Source: Alphaproteobacteria bacterium (lineage in GTDB: Bacteria > Pseudomonadota > Alphaproteobacteria > UBA828). Taken from it: a DNA stretch of 64,000 nt. A program made the translations under genes and the position numbers. The notes beneath the pieces are model-generated. The model did not search any database. It was not told the origin of the DNA and was given only the letters and a program-made list of their open reading frames with translations. The stretch covers positions 192,001-256,000 of the forward strand of contig CBDEFM010000001.1 of assembly GCA_965237415.1 (NCBI GenBank), in the 5' to 3' direction. Shown here one piece after another: positions 62,794 through 64,000 of the stretch (positions are counted from its first letter, which is position 1; every line of letters begins with the position of its first letter).

Positions 62794-63929
62794 CGGGGGG
62801 TTGCAGACTTCGTCGGCTGCGCCCGCCCGTCGATCGCCGATCCCTTCATTCCCCGCAAGATCGAGGAGGGCCGTCTCGACGACATCCGCGAATGCATCGG
62901 CTGCAATATCTGCGTGACCGGGGAGCATCTGAAGACGCCCATGCGATGCACGCAGAACCCGACTGTGGGCGAGGAGTGGCGCCGCGGCTGGCATCCCGAA
63001 AGGATCGAGCCCAAGGGCTCCGATTCCTCGGTGCTCGTGGTCGGAGCCGGACCGGCTGGCCTGGAATGTGCGCTCGCGCTCGGACAGCGCGGCTACCGGG
63101 TCGGGCTGGCCGAAGCCTCGCGTGAGCTTGGGGGGCGGATGACTCACGAATCCGCGCTGCCGGGCCTCTCCGAGTGGGCGCGCGTGCGCGACTACCGCAC
63201 GTACCAGATCGAGAAGCTGCATGAGCGGGTCGAGGTCTTCCGCGAGAGCGAGATGACGGCCGAGACGGCGCTCGAAGCCGGGGGTATCAGCACGTGGCCG
63301 TCGCCACCGGCTCCCGCTGGCGCCGGGACGGCATCGGCCGCGCGCATACCGCGGCAGCGATCCCAGGCAGCGATGCCGCGCATGTGCTCACGCCCAACGA
63401 CGTCTTCGCCGGCGCCACACCGGCTTCCCCGGTCGTGGTGTTCGATGACGATCACTACTACATGGGTGGAGTGATCGCGGAGAAGCTCGTCAATGACGGC
63501 CTCGCCGTCATTCTCGTGACGCCCGGTCCGGTGGTCTCGGCCTGGGCCGAAGGGGCTCTCGAGCAAGAGGGCATCCAGTCGAACCTCGTCAAGATCGGCG
63601 TTGAGATCGTCACCGGCCACAACCTGGCGCGGATCGATGCAGGCGGGGTGCAGGTGGGGGGCGTCTACGGCGAGGGCGAGCGATCTCTCGAGTGCGCCTC
63701 CGTTGTGATGGTCACCTCGCGGCTGCCCAACGATGCGCTCTACTACGCACTCAAGGAGTCGCTGGAACGCCTGGCGGAAGCCGGCATCCGATCGGTCAAG
63801 CGGGTCGGCGATGCCCTCGGCCCCGGGCTGATTGCCGCCGCTGTGTGGAGCGGCCACCGCTTCGCCCGCGAGCTGGATGGGCCGCCGCCCGGCGATGTCC
63901 CGTTCAAGCGCGAACTGGTGGTCGTGTGA
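62794..63929 (+). pseudogene. 5'-truncated, frameshifted TMADH/histamine dehydrogenase family gene
   Basis: Begins at RGVADFVGCARPSIADP directly after the IS21 end; CIGCNIC; frame change in the G run at 63280-63284; ends VPFKRELVVV. Confidence 0.88.
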
Positions 63930-64000
63930 TGTCGCCGAGCCTTGCCGACCGGCTCGCCCGGGTGAGGTCGCGGCGAGACGATCCTAAGAGTCATGCATCC

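Noticed and set aside
62149-63474. 441-aa ORF as a novel fusion protein
   Set aside because: Antisense istA sequence running by chance into the truncated dehydrogenase frame

Overview
High-GC alphaproteobacterial chromosomal window (Rhodospirillales-like by gene content and order; inference). Positions 1-50,330 are mostly ordinary housekeeping and metabolic genes: sseA-alaX-cysK, mobA, msrA, pmbA, msbA-waaA-lpxK-lpxL, rplU-rpmA-obgE-proB-proA-nadD-rsfS-rlmH, hbd-etfAB, potFGHI with puuAB-like genes, and a sugar ABC transporter. A few oddities sit among them: a repeat/IS-remnant patch at 2.2-2.9 kb, an MIO-less aromatic amino acid lyase homolog, and a low-GC HNH-like orphan. From about 50.4 kb the window is an accessory amine-catabolism region (a TMADH-family enzyme, an SDR, two decapitated genes) containing a four-element nested mobile structure that can be resolved to the base. 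(1) An IS21 element spans 55064-62793. (2) An IS1111-type IS110 element inside it has a downstream non-coding region carrying readable bridge/seek-RNA guides matching both its IS21 target site and its own circle junction. (3) An IS1595 has inserted on the donor guide of that RNA (8-bp TSD). (4) A large-serine-recombinase element splits the istB Walker A motif, and its first gene gains an RBS and ATG only when the element is excised and circularised. No rRNA, tRNA or CRISPR array was seen. All family assignments come from motif recognition, without database searches.
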